Assembly (NCBI GenBank): GCA_046351395.1
Contig: JAXLYP010000017.1
Span: 193,508 to 246,456 of the forward strand
Source: Polyangiaceae bacterium
Lineage (GTDB): Bacteria; Myxococcota_A; Polyangia; Polyangiales; Polyangiaceae
Reading direction: 5' to 3'
DNA: 52,949 bases
Of the stretch, positions 7,704 to 16,721 are shown in pieces (position 1 is the stretch's first letter; the number at the start of each line of letters is the position of its first letter). The notes under the pieces are model-generated. The model was not told where the DNA came from. It worked only from the letters and a program-made list of their open reading frames with translations, and made no database searches. Both the position numbers and the translations under genes were made by a program.

Positions 7704-10515
7704 GCGGAGTGTCTCGTGGTGCAGAAGGGAACAGCGACGTCGAGGACGGAATCGAGGCTCGGCGCGTCACCTCCGGCGCCTCGGGTTCGGCCGCGCGATC
7801 GGGAGCTCCAGCGAGGAGGGCGCGGGCGCGCGAGAAGTCGGTCACGTCCGGCTCCTCCCTACAGAGCTCCTCGATCCGCGGGAGCTGACTCGTCATCCCG
7901 AGCTCCGCCGCGTGATAGGCAGCGAACTTGCGGAGGATCGCGCTCGAGCTCCCCAGCATCTGCGCGATCGCCGTCTCGTAGTCGAGATCCACGGATGCAT
8001 GGAACTCCTTCCCGCGCGTGCGTCGCTCGACGTCGTCGACGTCATCGACGAGCCCGATGACGGCGTCGCGCAGCGGATTCTTGAGGACGATGTGGATGAG
8101 CTCGACGGCGGTCGCGCGGTGCTCCTTCCCGCCCCGCTCGATGCTCGTGAAGATCGCGTCGATCTCCTCGTTCGGGTTGAGCAGCGCCAGCAGCCGGAAC
8201 ACGCGACCCACCATGTGTCGCTGCTTGTCTCGCAGCAAATCCACGAGCAGGCCGTGCCCGACCGTCGCTCGGCGTGGGTCCTCCTCCCGCCCGCGCCGGA
8301 GCGCGACGAACCGATCGAAGGACCGGTAGGCGCGGGCGACCGTGCGCTGGATCTCCTCCCCGAGGAGGCGCTCGTCGAGGCGCGTCTCGGGCCGCGCGAC
8401 GACGATCTGTCCGAGCGCGAGGATCGAGCGATACCGCACCATCCCATCGGGCTCCTGTCCGAGGTTCGCGAGCAGGATCTCGGGCGCCTCGGGCGAGTCG
8501 ATGTCCGCGAAGAGGCTCGGCACGAGCCTCCGCACCGCCCGCGGGCGATCCCGATCGCGGAGCGCGCGGACGATCGCGCCCGCGCCCGCGGGGCCCGCGG
8601 CGCTCAGCGCGAGGCGGACGTCCGCGCCCACCTGACTGTCTGCGAGCAGGTCGACCAGGGTGTTCGCGGACGTCTCGGTCGCGAGCCCGCCGAGCGCCGC
8701 GATCGCCGCGCGGCGGACGTCGAGCTCGCGCGCGCGCGTGAGCTCGACGATCTCGGGCTCGAAGCGGGTCGCCTTGCGCCAGCCGACGACCTCGGCCAGG
8801 AGGCGCCGGCTCTCCACGCTGCCCTCCGAGACGATCCGCCCGAGCTCGTGGTGAGCCTCTTCCGCCTCCATCATGGAGAACGCAGCCATCGTCGTGAGGA
8901 TCGCCGCGCGGATGTCCGGCGAGGTCTCCCGCGCGAGCTGCTCTCTCCACCGCGTCGCGTCCGGCGCGAGCACCGCGCGAGCGGCCATCGCCTCGGCGCG
9001 GACGCGGATGGAGGGGTGGCGATCCAAGTGGGTGAGCGCGTGGAGCGCGACCTTCCGACCGCGCACGCCGAAGATCCGGAGCGCGGTCACGACGACGGTC
9101 TCCGACGGGTGATACAGGATGAGCCCCGGGATGACGTGGGCCTTCCCCTCCCGATCCAAGATCCGTAGCGAAGACACGACCGTGCTCTCCGCTTCGCTCT
9201 CGAGCGACTCGAGGAGCGACTCGAGGGAGGCCATGTCGAGCCGCATGAGCGCGCCCGCGAGCCGCCTCCGACCGGACGCGAGGGCGTCCTTGAAGAGCTG
9301 CGCGTAGTCGCCTCGGAGCCATGTCGCGAGGACGACCGCGCCCGCGGCCGTGACGACGAGGAGGACGGCGAGCCATCGCGGTGGCAGCTCGGTCGCCACC
9401 CCGACGAGGATGACGACCGAGCCCACCATCTGGGCGCCCCGTTGACCGAGCGCGTCCATGAAGCTCTTGGCGACCGTCCGCGGACCGTCCTCGAGGGGCA
9501 CGAGCAGGAGCTCCGCGGCCGTGCGGTGCACGCTGAAGCGCATGCTGCCGTCCACGGCCTTCGTGATCACGGCGGGCGCGAGCGTGCCCGTGATCGCGAC
9601 GCCGAGGCCCCCGGCGACGAGCCCGAACGGCAGCACCGCGAACACCAACGGGAGAGGCAAGCGCGCGACGAGCGATCGGACCGCGAACACCTGAACGCAG
9701 ACCGAGATCACGTTCAGGACCACGTTCACGCGGCCGAACACGCGCGCGAGCTGGTCGTGCGCGAAGTGGGCGGTGATCTGCGACTTGAAGATGAAGTCCG
9801 AGATCGTGACGGCGATCGTGATGAGGCCGCAGACCGCGACCACCCGTCGGATGTAGGGGTGGCGAAGGGCCGTGCCGAGGCGCTCGCCGAGCGTCCCGTC
9901 GCGCCCGTCGTGCTCGCCGTCGCGCGCGCGTTCGTCGAGGCCGCCGCTCGAGAACAGCATCGGCATCCAGGCGGCGCCGAAGAACAGCACGCCCGCGAAG
10001 AGGGAGAGGTTCGCCGGCGCGACCCACGTGACGAGCCCGACCGCGCCGCTGCCGAGGATCGCGCCGAGCCCGGCTCCGAGCCCGATCATCCCGTAGAGCC
10101 GTTTGGCCTGGCGAATCGAGAAGAGCCCTCCAACGAGGGACCAGAAATGGATGAGGACAATCGTCGAGAGGACGCCCGACCAGATGTAGAAGACATAGAG
10201 CCCGACCTCACCCAGGCTCGGCAGCGCACGGGAGAGCGCGATCGTCCCGAGCGACGAGGCGACCGTCCAGCCGATCAGCACGCGCCGCGGCGTCGTGCGC
10301 CGGAACACGGCTTGGGCGCGCGTCGCGACGAGCGTCGCGGCGGCGAGCGCGACGTACACCCAAGGGAGTCGGCTCGTCGGGATGTGGGCGAGGAACATCG
10401 CGTCGCGCGTCGCCTCGAGGATGCTGTGGCCGGCCACGAAGACGAACAGGAAGACAAAGGCGGTGATCGCATCCCGCCGCTCCGATCGCCGCACCGGGAA
10501 GAGCCGCCGCAGCAC
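7693..10515 (-). CDS. TLC-family (ATP/ADP-translocase-like, Npt-type) membrane transporter fused to a C-terminal HEAT-repeat domain
   Basis: 940 aa. The N-terminal ~430 aa are multi-TM and carry the family-typical block HFWSLVGGLFSIRQAKRLYGMIGLGAGLGAILGS (compare Rickettsia Tlc FWQFANQIT..AKRFYSMFGL). The C-terminal half has HEAT-like repeats (…RRAAIAALGGLATETSANTLVDLLAD…). GTG start is 1 nt after the upstream stop. Confidence 0.8.
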   Translation of the reverse strand: MLRRLFPVRRSERRDAITAFVFLFVFVAGHSILEATRDAMFLAHIPTSRLPWVYVALAAATLVATRAQAVFRRTTPRRVLIGWTVASSLGTIALSRALPSLGEVGLYVFYIWSGVLSTIVLIHFWSLVGGLFSIRQAKRLYGMIGLGAGLGAILGSGAVGLVTWVAPANLSLFAGVLFFGAAWMPMLFSSGGLDERARDGEHDGRDGTLGERLGTALRHPYIRRVVAVCGLITIAVTISDFIFKSQITAHFAHDQLARVFGRVNVVLNVISVCVQVFAVRSLVARLPLPLVFAVLPFGLVAGGLGVAITGTLAPAVITKAVDGSMRFSVHRTAAELLLVPLEDGPRTVAKSFMDALGQRGAQMVGSVVILVGVATELPPRWLAVLLVVTAAGAVVLATWLRGDYAQLFKDALASGRRRLAGALMRLDMASLESLLESLESEAESTVVSSLRILDREGKAHVIPGLILYHPSETVVVTALRIFGVRGRKVALHALTHLDRHPSIRVRAEAMAARAVLAPDATRWREQLARETSPDIRAAILTTMAAFSMMEAEEAHHELGRIVSEGSVESRRLLAEVVGWRKATRFEPEIVELTRARELDVRRAAIAALGGLATETSANTLVDLLADSQVGADVRLALSAAGPAGAGAIVRALRDRDRPRAVRRLVPSLFADIDSPEAPEILLANLGQEPDGMVRYRSILALGQIVVARPETRLDERLLGEEIQRTVARAYRSFDRFVALRRGREEDPRRATVGHGLLVDLLRDKQRHMVGRVFRLLALLNPNEEIDAIFTSIERGGKEHRATAVELIHIVLKNPLRDAVIGLVDDVDDVERRTRGKEFHASVDLDYETAIAQMLGSSSAILRKFAAYHAAELGMTSQLPRIEELCREEPDVTDFSRARALLAGAPDRAAEPEAPEVTRRASIPSSTSLFPSAPRDTPHAS

Positions 10516-10516
10516 G

Positions 10517-11965
10517 TCAGAACCCCGTCGTCCCGCCGACGAGGAACCGGACGCTCTCGGGCTCGCCGCCCTCCGCGAACGGCTTCGTCCCGAAGCCCAA
10601 GAGGAGGTTCAACGCGTGGTCACGGTGATTCGGCGATTGGAACCCCCCGACGAACGAGAACCGGAGTCGCTCGAGTTCGAAGTCCTCGAAGTCGCGCCCG
10701 AACACGTTCCCCACCTGCGCGCGGAGCGTGGCGTCGACGAACGACCAGATGGGCCAGGTGTACGTGACGCTCGCCGCGGCGGACGTCTCGCCGAGGAGGC
10801 GCCCGGGGGTGAAGCCGAGGAGGGGCTCGTCGTCGGGCACGCGATCGGTCCGACCGCTCCCGATGAGCTCCGTGAACGGCACGCGCGCCGTGCTCGAGAA
10901 GGGCTCGATCGCGCGGACGTCCACGAGGAGCCCGAGCACGCGCCGCGTCCCCGTGACGTCGATGAACCCGCCCACGGACCCGCCCACCTGCGCCCACTCG
11001 ACGTGCGACCCGACGTCGCTCCCGAGCTCGGCGTGCGCGTCGAGCCCGACCCCGGAGCCCGGCCCTGGGCGCGGCTGTCGCGAGTCGAGCACGACGCGCC
11101 CACCGACCTTCACCGCGGTGTATCCGGCGAACCCGTCGGGGAGGGGATAGAGCCCTCGAGCGACCGCGCGGGAGATGGGCAGCGTAGGACACTCGTGTGG
11201 CCATACCGGGCAGCTCTCGTCGGAGAACGAGTGGTGCCGGACGACGGCCCAAGCCTCCACGAAATTGGCCTTTCGCGGCTCCACGTGGGTCCGAATGCCG
11301 CCTCCGACCGAGCGCTGCTCGAACCTCGACTCGTCCGCGTAGCGAGACCGGTACCCCACACCGTAGAACAGGTAGTCGGCGCGGACGACCCCGTCCGCCT
11401 CGAGCTGCAGGTTGGAGCGCACGCGGTGAGAGCCGTCGGGTTCGACCTCGACGTCGAGCGGGACGCGGTCGACCACGCGAGCTGCGAAGTACCTCTCGCC
11501 CCCCGTCGCGACCGACGCGCGGAGTTGATTGTCTGTCACGAGGAAGTCGTCGTAGAAGTGGTAGAGGCCGACGCTCGGACGAAAACCGAACTCGTAGAAC
11601 GCCGTCGGGATGAGGCCCACGTTGTGGTGAGGGCCGAACGTGAAGAAGTCGGTCACCTTCGCCACGATGCCCTCGCGGTCGATCACCGTGGTGATCGCGC
11701 CGAGGGGGCGCCGGATGACGTAGTCCGAGACCACGTAGAGCGGCGCGAAGAGGACGCGGGGGATCCAGAGCGCGCCCTCCGCCGCGGTCGTCTCGCGCGG
11801 TCTGCCCTCGTAGTCCTGCGGTGGGCGCTTCTCTCCGGGCGGCCGGGATGGATCCTCGGGGAGCACGGCGGGGTGCTCGGGGACGTCCCCCCGCGCCGGG
11901 GGCGCCGCCGCGAGGGCAGCGCCGAACGCGAAGACCATGGCACCGAGCGCCTTGGGCGAGTTCAT
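10517..11965 (-). CDS. Outer-membrane beta-barrel protein (paralog of 23156-24616)
   Basis: Signal peptide MNSPKALGAMVFAFGAALAAAPPARG. Alternating beta-strand patterns. C-terminal ...RFLVGGTTGF* (terminal Phe OMP signature). The start overlaps the upstream stop (ATGA). Confidence 0.75.
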   Translation of the reverse strand: MNSPKALGAMVFAFGAALAAAPPARGDVPEHPAVLPEDPSRPPGEKRPPQDYEGRPRETTAAEGALWIPRVLFAPLYVVSDYVIRRPLGAITTVIDREGIVAKVTDFFTFGPHHNVGLIPTAFYEFGFRPSVGLYHFYDDFLVTDNQLRASVATGGERYFAARVVDRVPLDVEVEPDGSHRVRSNLQLEADGVVRADYLFYGVGYRSRYADESRFEQRSVGGGIRTHVEPRKANFVEAWAVVRHHSFSDESCPVWPHECPTLPISRAVARGLYPLPDGFAGYTAVKVGGRVVLDSRQPRPGPGSGVGLDAHAELGSDVGSHVEWAQVGGSVGGFIDVTGTRRVLGLLVDVRAIEPFSSTARVPFTELIGSGRTDRVPDDEPLLGFTPGRLLGETSAAASVTYTWPIWSFVDATLRAQVGNVFGRDFEDFELERLRFSFVGGFQSPNHRDHALNLLLGFGTKPFAEGGEPESVRFLVGGTTGF

Positions 11966-13779
11966 TGGAGGGCCGCGCCCGGCTCGTCGGGCCTCTGGAT
12001 GGCGACCATCTTGAAGTGGGAGGACGCCCCGAGATCGTACAAATGAACGCGCAGCGGACCCCGCGCCGCGCCGTTCGAGACGTCGAGCACCGCGTATCGA
12101 AGGGGGTGATCGTCGGGCAGCGAGCGGTCGTCCACGACGCGCGGTAGATCCACGCAGACCGTCGCATCGTCGCCGAGGCTGACGGGGAGGGCCTTTCGCT
12201 GGTCGAGGTCGAGCCCCGTCCGGAGCTCGGCGGCGTACGTGAACCGCGTCCTCGGCCAGGTGGTCGTCTTGTGCGCGAGATCGGTCGCGCAGACGCGGTC
12301 GCCCTCGACGGTCACGTCCGCCAGCGGGGATACGACGCTGAAATACCGCGTGAGGATCTCGTCCCTTCGTTGGATGAGTGTCCGCGTGAGGAACTCCGTC
12401 GCGCGAGGGTCCGTGTAGTCGCCGACCCGCACCGCGGCCGCGATGTTCGCGTCGGTGAAGCGCGACAGGATGCGCGCCGCCCACGCGCCGTCCTCCTCCG
12501 TCATGCGAGCGAACGCGGGGTTCGGGTAGCCGCCCTTCCAGTCCTCGGGCACGAAGTCCGGCCTGAAATAGTCGAACATCGGGAGCTCGGTGTTCGCGAC
12601 GGGCCGGTCCCATGGGCGCTCGAACGAGCCGAGCGTCAGGAGGTCGATCGCCACGTCCTCCGGATCGAAGTAGTAGCTGTGGTTGATCCTCCGGTTCCAG
12701 CTCTCCCATTGCCAATGGCTGCCAAAGCAGTCCCCGAGGTCGATGTACCAATGTGTCGTCCGCCCCGGAGAGGAGTCCTTCGACTCGGGGTCCACGGCGT
12801 CCCAGGTGGTCATCGTGTTTTGCTCGCGCGAATCGAAGTGCCCGAGCCACGCGGCCATGAGCCGCGCTCCGCGGAGATCCCTTCGGTCCTCGTGAGGGAT
12901 GATGTCGTTGGGATCGTCTTCTCGCGTCTCCTCGTACCGGAAGGGGCCGATCGCGCGTCCTGGGAGCCACCGCGACGCCACCATTCGTACGAGCCCACCT
13001 CGCTTCTGTGCGCTGTCGAGGATCGCCTGGAGCTTCCCGTCGTCGAACGGCATTTTGGTGCCCGTATTGTCTGCGTAATCGAGCCCGGGCTCGAGCCTGA
13101 GCCAGGACTTGTCGACGTAGACAATCGTGTCGCACGCGGTCCACCAGCCCGCGGCGTGGTAGAGCCTGGACGCGATGGATGTCGCCCCGGTCGCCTTCTC
13201 GCCTTCGCCCTCGGCGTCTGCCTTCAGCATGAACTTGCCGACGCCCTCGATCTCGACCCGAAAGCCCGGGTTCGCGCCGTTCGCCTTGCCCATGTCGACG
13301 CGCCAGGCGCCCGGTTCGTGCGGGGCCGTGGCGATCGTCTTGTGGCCGCAGCTCCCGCGCGTGATCTCCTCGTCGGTCATCGGCCTCACGCCGATGCGGT
13401 TCGTGAACCAGCTCGAGTCGGGCACCTCGTCGACCGCGTTCACGTTCCGCGCAGCGAAGCCGACGTCCGCGGCGAAGAACTTCACGATGGGCCGGAAGAT
13501 GGTCTTGTCGGCGACGTCCCATAGGAACGGGGACTCGTACTCTTCGGGCCGACAGAGTTGCTTCTTCGCGTCCTTCGGATCGGGGCGACACGGCACTCGG
13601 ACCGCCCGCAGATCCTCGTCGATCCAGACCGGGTCGCGGAGCGGGAACCGCCGGATGCCACCGCACCCCGCGACCGAGGTCGCCGCGCCGCTCGCCAGCG
13701 CCGCGCCGATCACGACTCGGCATGCGGCTCGCAGAATCTTTACGGCCCCCGCCTCGCGATGAGCCCACCGAATCGCCAT
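11962..13779 (-). CDS. Lipoprotein with atypical kinase-like (PKL/PI3K/CotH-like) signature
   Basis: Lipobox ATSVAGC. Candidate nucleotide-binding Lys (GKFMLKAD), catalytic-loop-like LMAAWLGHFDSREQNTM and DFG-like WYIDLGDCFG. 605 aa, non-repetitive, high GC3. Confidence 0.6.
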   Translation of the reverse strand: MAIRWAHREAGAVKILRAACRVVIGAALASGAATSVAGCGGIRRFPLRDPVWIDEDLRAVRVPCRPDPKDAKKQLCRPEEYESPFLWDVADKTIFRPIVKFFAADVGFAARNVNAVDEVPDSSWFTNRIGVRPMTDEEITRGSCGHKTIATAPHEPGAWRVDMGKANGANPGFRVEIEGVGKFMLKADAEGEGEKATGATSIASRLYHAAGWWTACDTIVYVDKSWLRLEPGLDYADNTGTKMPFDDGKLQAILDSAQKRGGLVRMVASRWLPGRAIGPFRYEETREDDPNDIIPHEDRRDLRGARLMAAWLGHFDSREQNTMTTWDAVDPESKDSSPGRTTHWYIDLGDCFGSHWQWESWNRRINHSYYFDPEDVAIDLLTLGSFERPWDRPVANTELPMFDYFRPDFVPEDWKGGYPNPAFARMTEEDGAWAARILSRFTDANIAAAVRVGDYTDPRATEFLTRTLIQRRDEILTRYFSVVSPLADVTVEGDRVCATDLAHKTTTWPRTRFTYAAELRTGLDLDQRKALPVSLGDDATVCVDLPRVVDDRSLPDDHPLRYAVLDVSNGAARGPLRVHLYDLGASSHFKMVAIQRPDEPGAALQ

Positions 13780-14649
13780 CCGATCGCCGTGCGCGCGGCC
13801 GAGCTCCTCGGCTCGAGTCCGCTGCTCGTGCTCGCGGGCGTGGGCGTGTTCTCGATCGGGCTCGTCCTCGTTCTCGTCGTCCTCGCGAGGTGGATGAGCG
13901 CGCGGGGCCTCGGCTGGCGGAAGGCCCTCTTTCGACGCGCCGCGCGCGCTGTCGGCGCCGCCCCGAGCGCGCGCGCGAGGCTCTCGCGGCTCGTCCGGCT
14001 CGAGTACGAGCTCGTCCACCTGGGACTTGGGCTCGCGCTCCTCGCCGGGCTGGTCGTGTTCGTGGCGCTCGCGGTCTCCGTCGTCGACGACGGCGCAGTC
14101 GCGGCGTTCGACGAGTCGCTCGCGCGTGCGGTCCACCGATCGACGCCGCCCGAGCTCGTGCGCGTCATGCTCGTCGCGACCTCGCTCGGCGGCGGTGAGG
14201 CCGTCCTCGTCGTCGCGGTGGTCGTCGCGGTGGGGCTCCTGGTGCGGCGGCGATGGCACCTCGCCATCGGCTGGATCACGGCGGAGGCGGGCGCGGGCCT
14301 CTTCAACGCGCTCCTCAAGTCGCTCTATCGGCGCGCGCGTCCCACGCTCGACGATCCGTTCACGAGCGCATCCGGGTGGAGCTTCCCGAGCGGACACTCC
14401 ATGGGGACGATCGTCACCGCTGGGATGCTCGCTTATGTGTTCTCCCGGTTCTACCCGCCGGGGTGGCCGCGCTTCGTGGCCGTCTTCCTCGCGACGCTGT
14501 GGACGCTCGTCATTGGGTTCAGCCGCGTGTGCCTCGGCGTCCACTACGCGAGCGACGTGCTCGGAGGGTTCGCCGCGGGCGCGGTGTGGCTCGTCGTTTG
14601 CGTTTCGGGCCTCGAGGTGGCGTTGCGCCCCAATCGCTCGGCCGTTTAG
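13759..14649 (+). CDS. PAP2 family membrane phosphatase (canonical motifs)
   Basis: KSLYRRARP (KX6RP), FPSGHS (PSGH), SRVCLGVHYASD (SRX5HX3D). Multiple TM helices. The ATG 13759 start would overlap the divergent gene's start by 21 nt; an alternative GTG lies ~13786. Confidence 0.85.
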   Translation: MSPPNRHPIAVRAAELLGSSPLLVLAGVGVFSIGLVLVLVVLARWMSARGLGWRKALFRRAARAVGAAPSARARLSRLVRLEYELVHLGLGLALLAGLVVFVALAVSVVDDGAVAAFDESLARAVHRSTPPELVRVMLVATSLGGGEAVLVVAVVVAVGLLVRRRWHLAIGWITAEAGAGLFNALLKSLYRRARPTLDDPFTSASGWSFPSGHSMGTIVTAGMLAYVFSRFYPPGWPRFVAVFLATLWTLVIGFSRVCLGVHYASDVLGGFAAGAVWLVVCVSGLEVALRPNRSAV

Positions 14650-14773
14650 TCCGTCCCAGTCGTGACGTTTTGCCCCGATTCGTGGCGTTGGTGCGCGCCA
14701 GTCTGCCCTCGAGACGGGTGCCGCGCAGTCGCCAAGTCCGTCGTCCCCCATCGAAGAGAACCGAGGCCACGAC

Positions 14774-15790
14774 ATGCCAACCGTCCTGTCGCAACCGCGT
14801 CGTACCGCGCCCGCATTCGCAGCACGTTCGATGTTCTTCGGTGTCTTGATCAATGGGATCGTCCCTTCGTCCGCGCTCGCAGATCCGCAAGTGGACACAG
14901 CGCCGAGCGCTCCGACGGAGAAGGCAACCGCCGCGCCCACGCCGCTCGCCACGAAGAGCGCCGCGGAGAAGAAGCCGGACTCGCTGGATTGGGATCCGCG
15001 TTGGCCGGAGGTGAAACCCTACGAGTACATCCTCACCGGTGTGTTCGCGCTCGCAGCGATCGGTGGACAGGCGATCCCCGGCGGCCCGAGGTGGACGGGG
15101 CACAACGCGTTCGACGACGCGGGCCGCGAGGCGTTGCTCTTGCCGGACTTCGAGGATCAGGAGCGCGCGAAGGACTTCAGCGACGTGGGCCTCGTGATCC
15201 TCGTGAACCAAGCGCTGATCGACAATCTCTTCGTCACGTGGTGGGCGCGTGATCACCCGAAGACCGCATGGCAGCTGTCCGTGATCGACACCGAGACGCT
15301 GGCGTTCAGTATCGGCGTGGACGCGCTCGTCGCCGGCGCGACGGGCCGCGAGCGCCCGTACGTCGAAGCGCTGTGCGATCAGGAGGACCACAAGAATCGC
15401 GGCTACTGCGACGGGAGCAACCGCTACCGAAGCTTCTTCAGCGGACACTCCACGGCCGCGTTCACCCTGGCGGGGCTCACGTGCATCCATCACGCGGAGC
15501 TCGGTATTTACGGCCACCCCGTCGCTGACGCGTTCGCGTGCGGCGGCGCGATGGCGACGGCGACGGGCGTCGCGCTCCTCCGTGTCGCCTCTGATCAGCA
15601 CGATCTCTCGGACGTGCTCGTCGGGGCAGTGTGGGGCACCGCGACCGGGGTCACGCTGCCGTGGCTCCTCCACTACCGGGGCGGGGCGAAGGTCGAAGAG
15701 AAGAAGCCGGACCCGCATGCCGCCGTCGAGGCCCCGCCGCCGGGCGTGGTCGTCACGCCGAGCGGCGCGTACGTCATGGGAGCGTTCTGA
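14774..15790 (+). CDS. Secreted PAP2-like phosphatase (paralog of 16722-17639)
   Basis: The N-terminus has RR followed by a hydrophobic signal (…QPRRTAPAFAARSMFFGVLINGIVPSSALA). Motifs GRERPY, FFSGHS, RVASDQHDLSD. Alternative start at ATG 14831. Confidence 0.75.
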   Translation: MPTVLSQPRRTAPAFAARSMFFGVLINGIVPSSALADPQVDTAPSAPTEKATAAPTPLATKSAAEKKPDSLDWDPRWPEVKPYEYILTGVFALAAIGGQAIPGGPRWTGHNAFDDAGREALLLPDFEDQERAKDFSDVGLVILVNQALIDNLFVTWWARDHPKTAWQLSVIDTETLAFSIGVDALVAGATGRERPYVEALCDQEDHKNRGYCDGSNRYRSFFSGHSTAAFTLAGLTCIHHAELGIYGHPVADAFACGGAMATATGVALLRVASDQHDLSDVLVGAVWGTATGVTLPWLLHYRGGAKVEEKKPDPHAAVEAPPPGVVVTPSGAYVMGAF

Positions 15791-15793
15791 GCG

Positions 15794-16690
15794 ATGGGGT
15801 CCTCGAGAGAACGCCGATGGAGCGTCGCCGCGCGATCGATCTTCGTGGTCGTGATCGCCGTTCTCACCCGAGAGGCGCGCGGTCAAGTGCTCGACCTCCC
15901 GGACGCGACGACGAACCCGACCGCGCCACCGCGGGACGTGGATCAGAAGCTCCCCTATTGGGAGAGAGGAGAGATCCGGCCATTCACGTCGGCGGTGTTC
16001 GACGTCGGCGGGTTCTTCGTGCGCCCCGAGTTGAACGTCGGCTACGGGCAGCCGCACTTCAACTGGATCGGCGCGGAGATCTTCAGCAAGCTCACGCTCG
16101 GCGGCGTGACGCTCGGAGCGGGCGTCCACGGTCAGATCCCGAACGTCGACGCGCGCCTCGGCGTGCGGTCGTTCCGGTCGGCGGATCAACGCCTGCTCCA
16201 GCGCAAGAACGTGTATCGGGAGTCGGACCCGACGATCCTCGATCAGCCCGCCTCGGCCTACGACAGCGTCGACGCGGATCTCGCGGTGAACGTCCGCGCG
16301 CTCGGAGGATCCGTCAGCTTGGAGACGCGCGCGCTCGCGCTCTTCCAGGTCCCCGACGGATATGACGTCTTCGAGGACGTGTTCCGCGTCGTGGTCCGAC
16401 CGCCGCTCGTCTGGCAGGCGAAATTGACGTATGTCGTCTTCGCGGGCTGGGACGATCGCCTCGCGCTCGGGTTCACGACGGAGCTCCTCGGCGCTCCAGC
16501 GAGAGACAACCTCGTCTTCCGCGTCGGCCCGGTGCTCACCGTCGCGTTGACGGAGCACCTCCAGGCGATCGGCGGCGGCGCCTTCGCGATCCTGTACCAC
16601 GACGATCTCGGCCTCAGCGGGTCGGATCTCGGGCAGATCGGTCTGCGCTACCGTTGGGCGTCGGGAGAGCCTTACCCCGACTTCCCGTGA
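15794..16690 (+). CDS. Secreted protein, possibly beta-barrel; unknown function
   Basis: Starts 3 nt after the preceding stop. Signal-like SIFVVVIAVLTREARG. Alternating-residue strands (e.g. LALGFTTELLG, LVFRVGPVLTVAL). High GC3. Confidence 0.55.
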   Translation: MGSSRERRWSVAARSIFVVVIAVLTREARGQVLDLPDATTNPTAPPRDVDQKLPYWERGEIRPFTSAVFDVGGFFVRPELNVGYGQPHFNWIGAEIFSKLTLGGVTLGAGVHGQIPNVDARLGVRSFRSADQRLLQRKNVYRESDPTILDQPASAYDSVDADLAVNVRALGGSVSLETRALALFQVPDGYDVFEDVFRVVVRPPLVWQAKLTYVVFAGWDDRLALGFTTELLGAPARDNLVFRVGPVLTVALTEHLQAIGGGAFAILYHDDLGLSGSDLGQIGLRYRWASGEPYPDFP

Positions 16691-16717
16691 CGGGCGGCCC
16701 TCGCCGAGGGCCGCCCG
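16691..16717. terminator. Perfect 12-bp-stem hairpin between convergent genes (putative bidirectional terminator)
   Basis: cgggcggccctc-gcc-gagggccgcccg. It lies between the stop at 16690 (+) and the stop at 16722 (-). No U-tract. Confidence 0.5.
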
Positions 16718-16721
16718 TGCT

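Noticed and set aside
11528-11539. ATTGTCTGTCAC as a Pho box (it contains CTGTCAC)
   Set aside because: Only single heptamers occur, never the two direct repeats spaced 11 bp apart that PhoB requires. Most copies are inside coding regions.
13759-13779. 21-nt overlap of divergent start codons (lipoprotein ATG 13779 versus PAP2 ATG 13759)
   Set aside because: This is probably an artefact of start-codon choice. A GTG near 13786 for the PAP2 gene removes the overlap.
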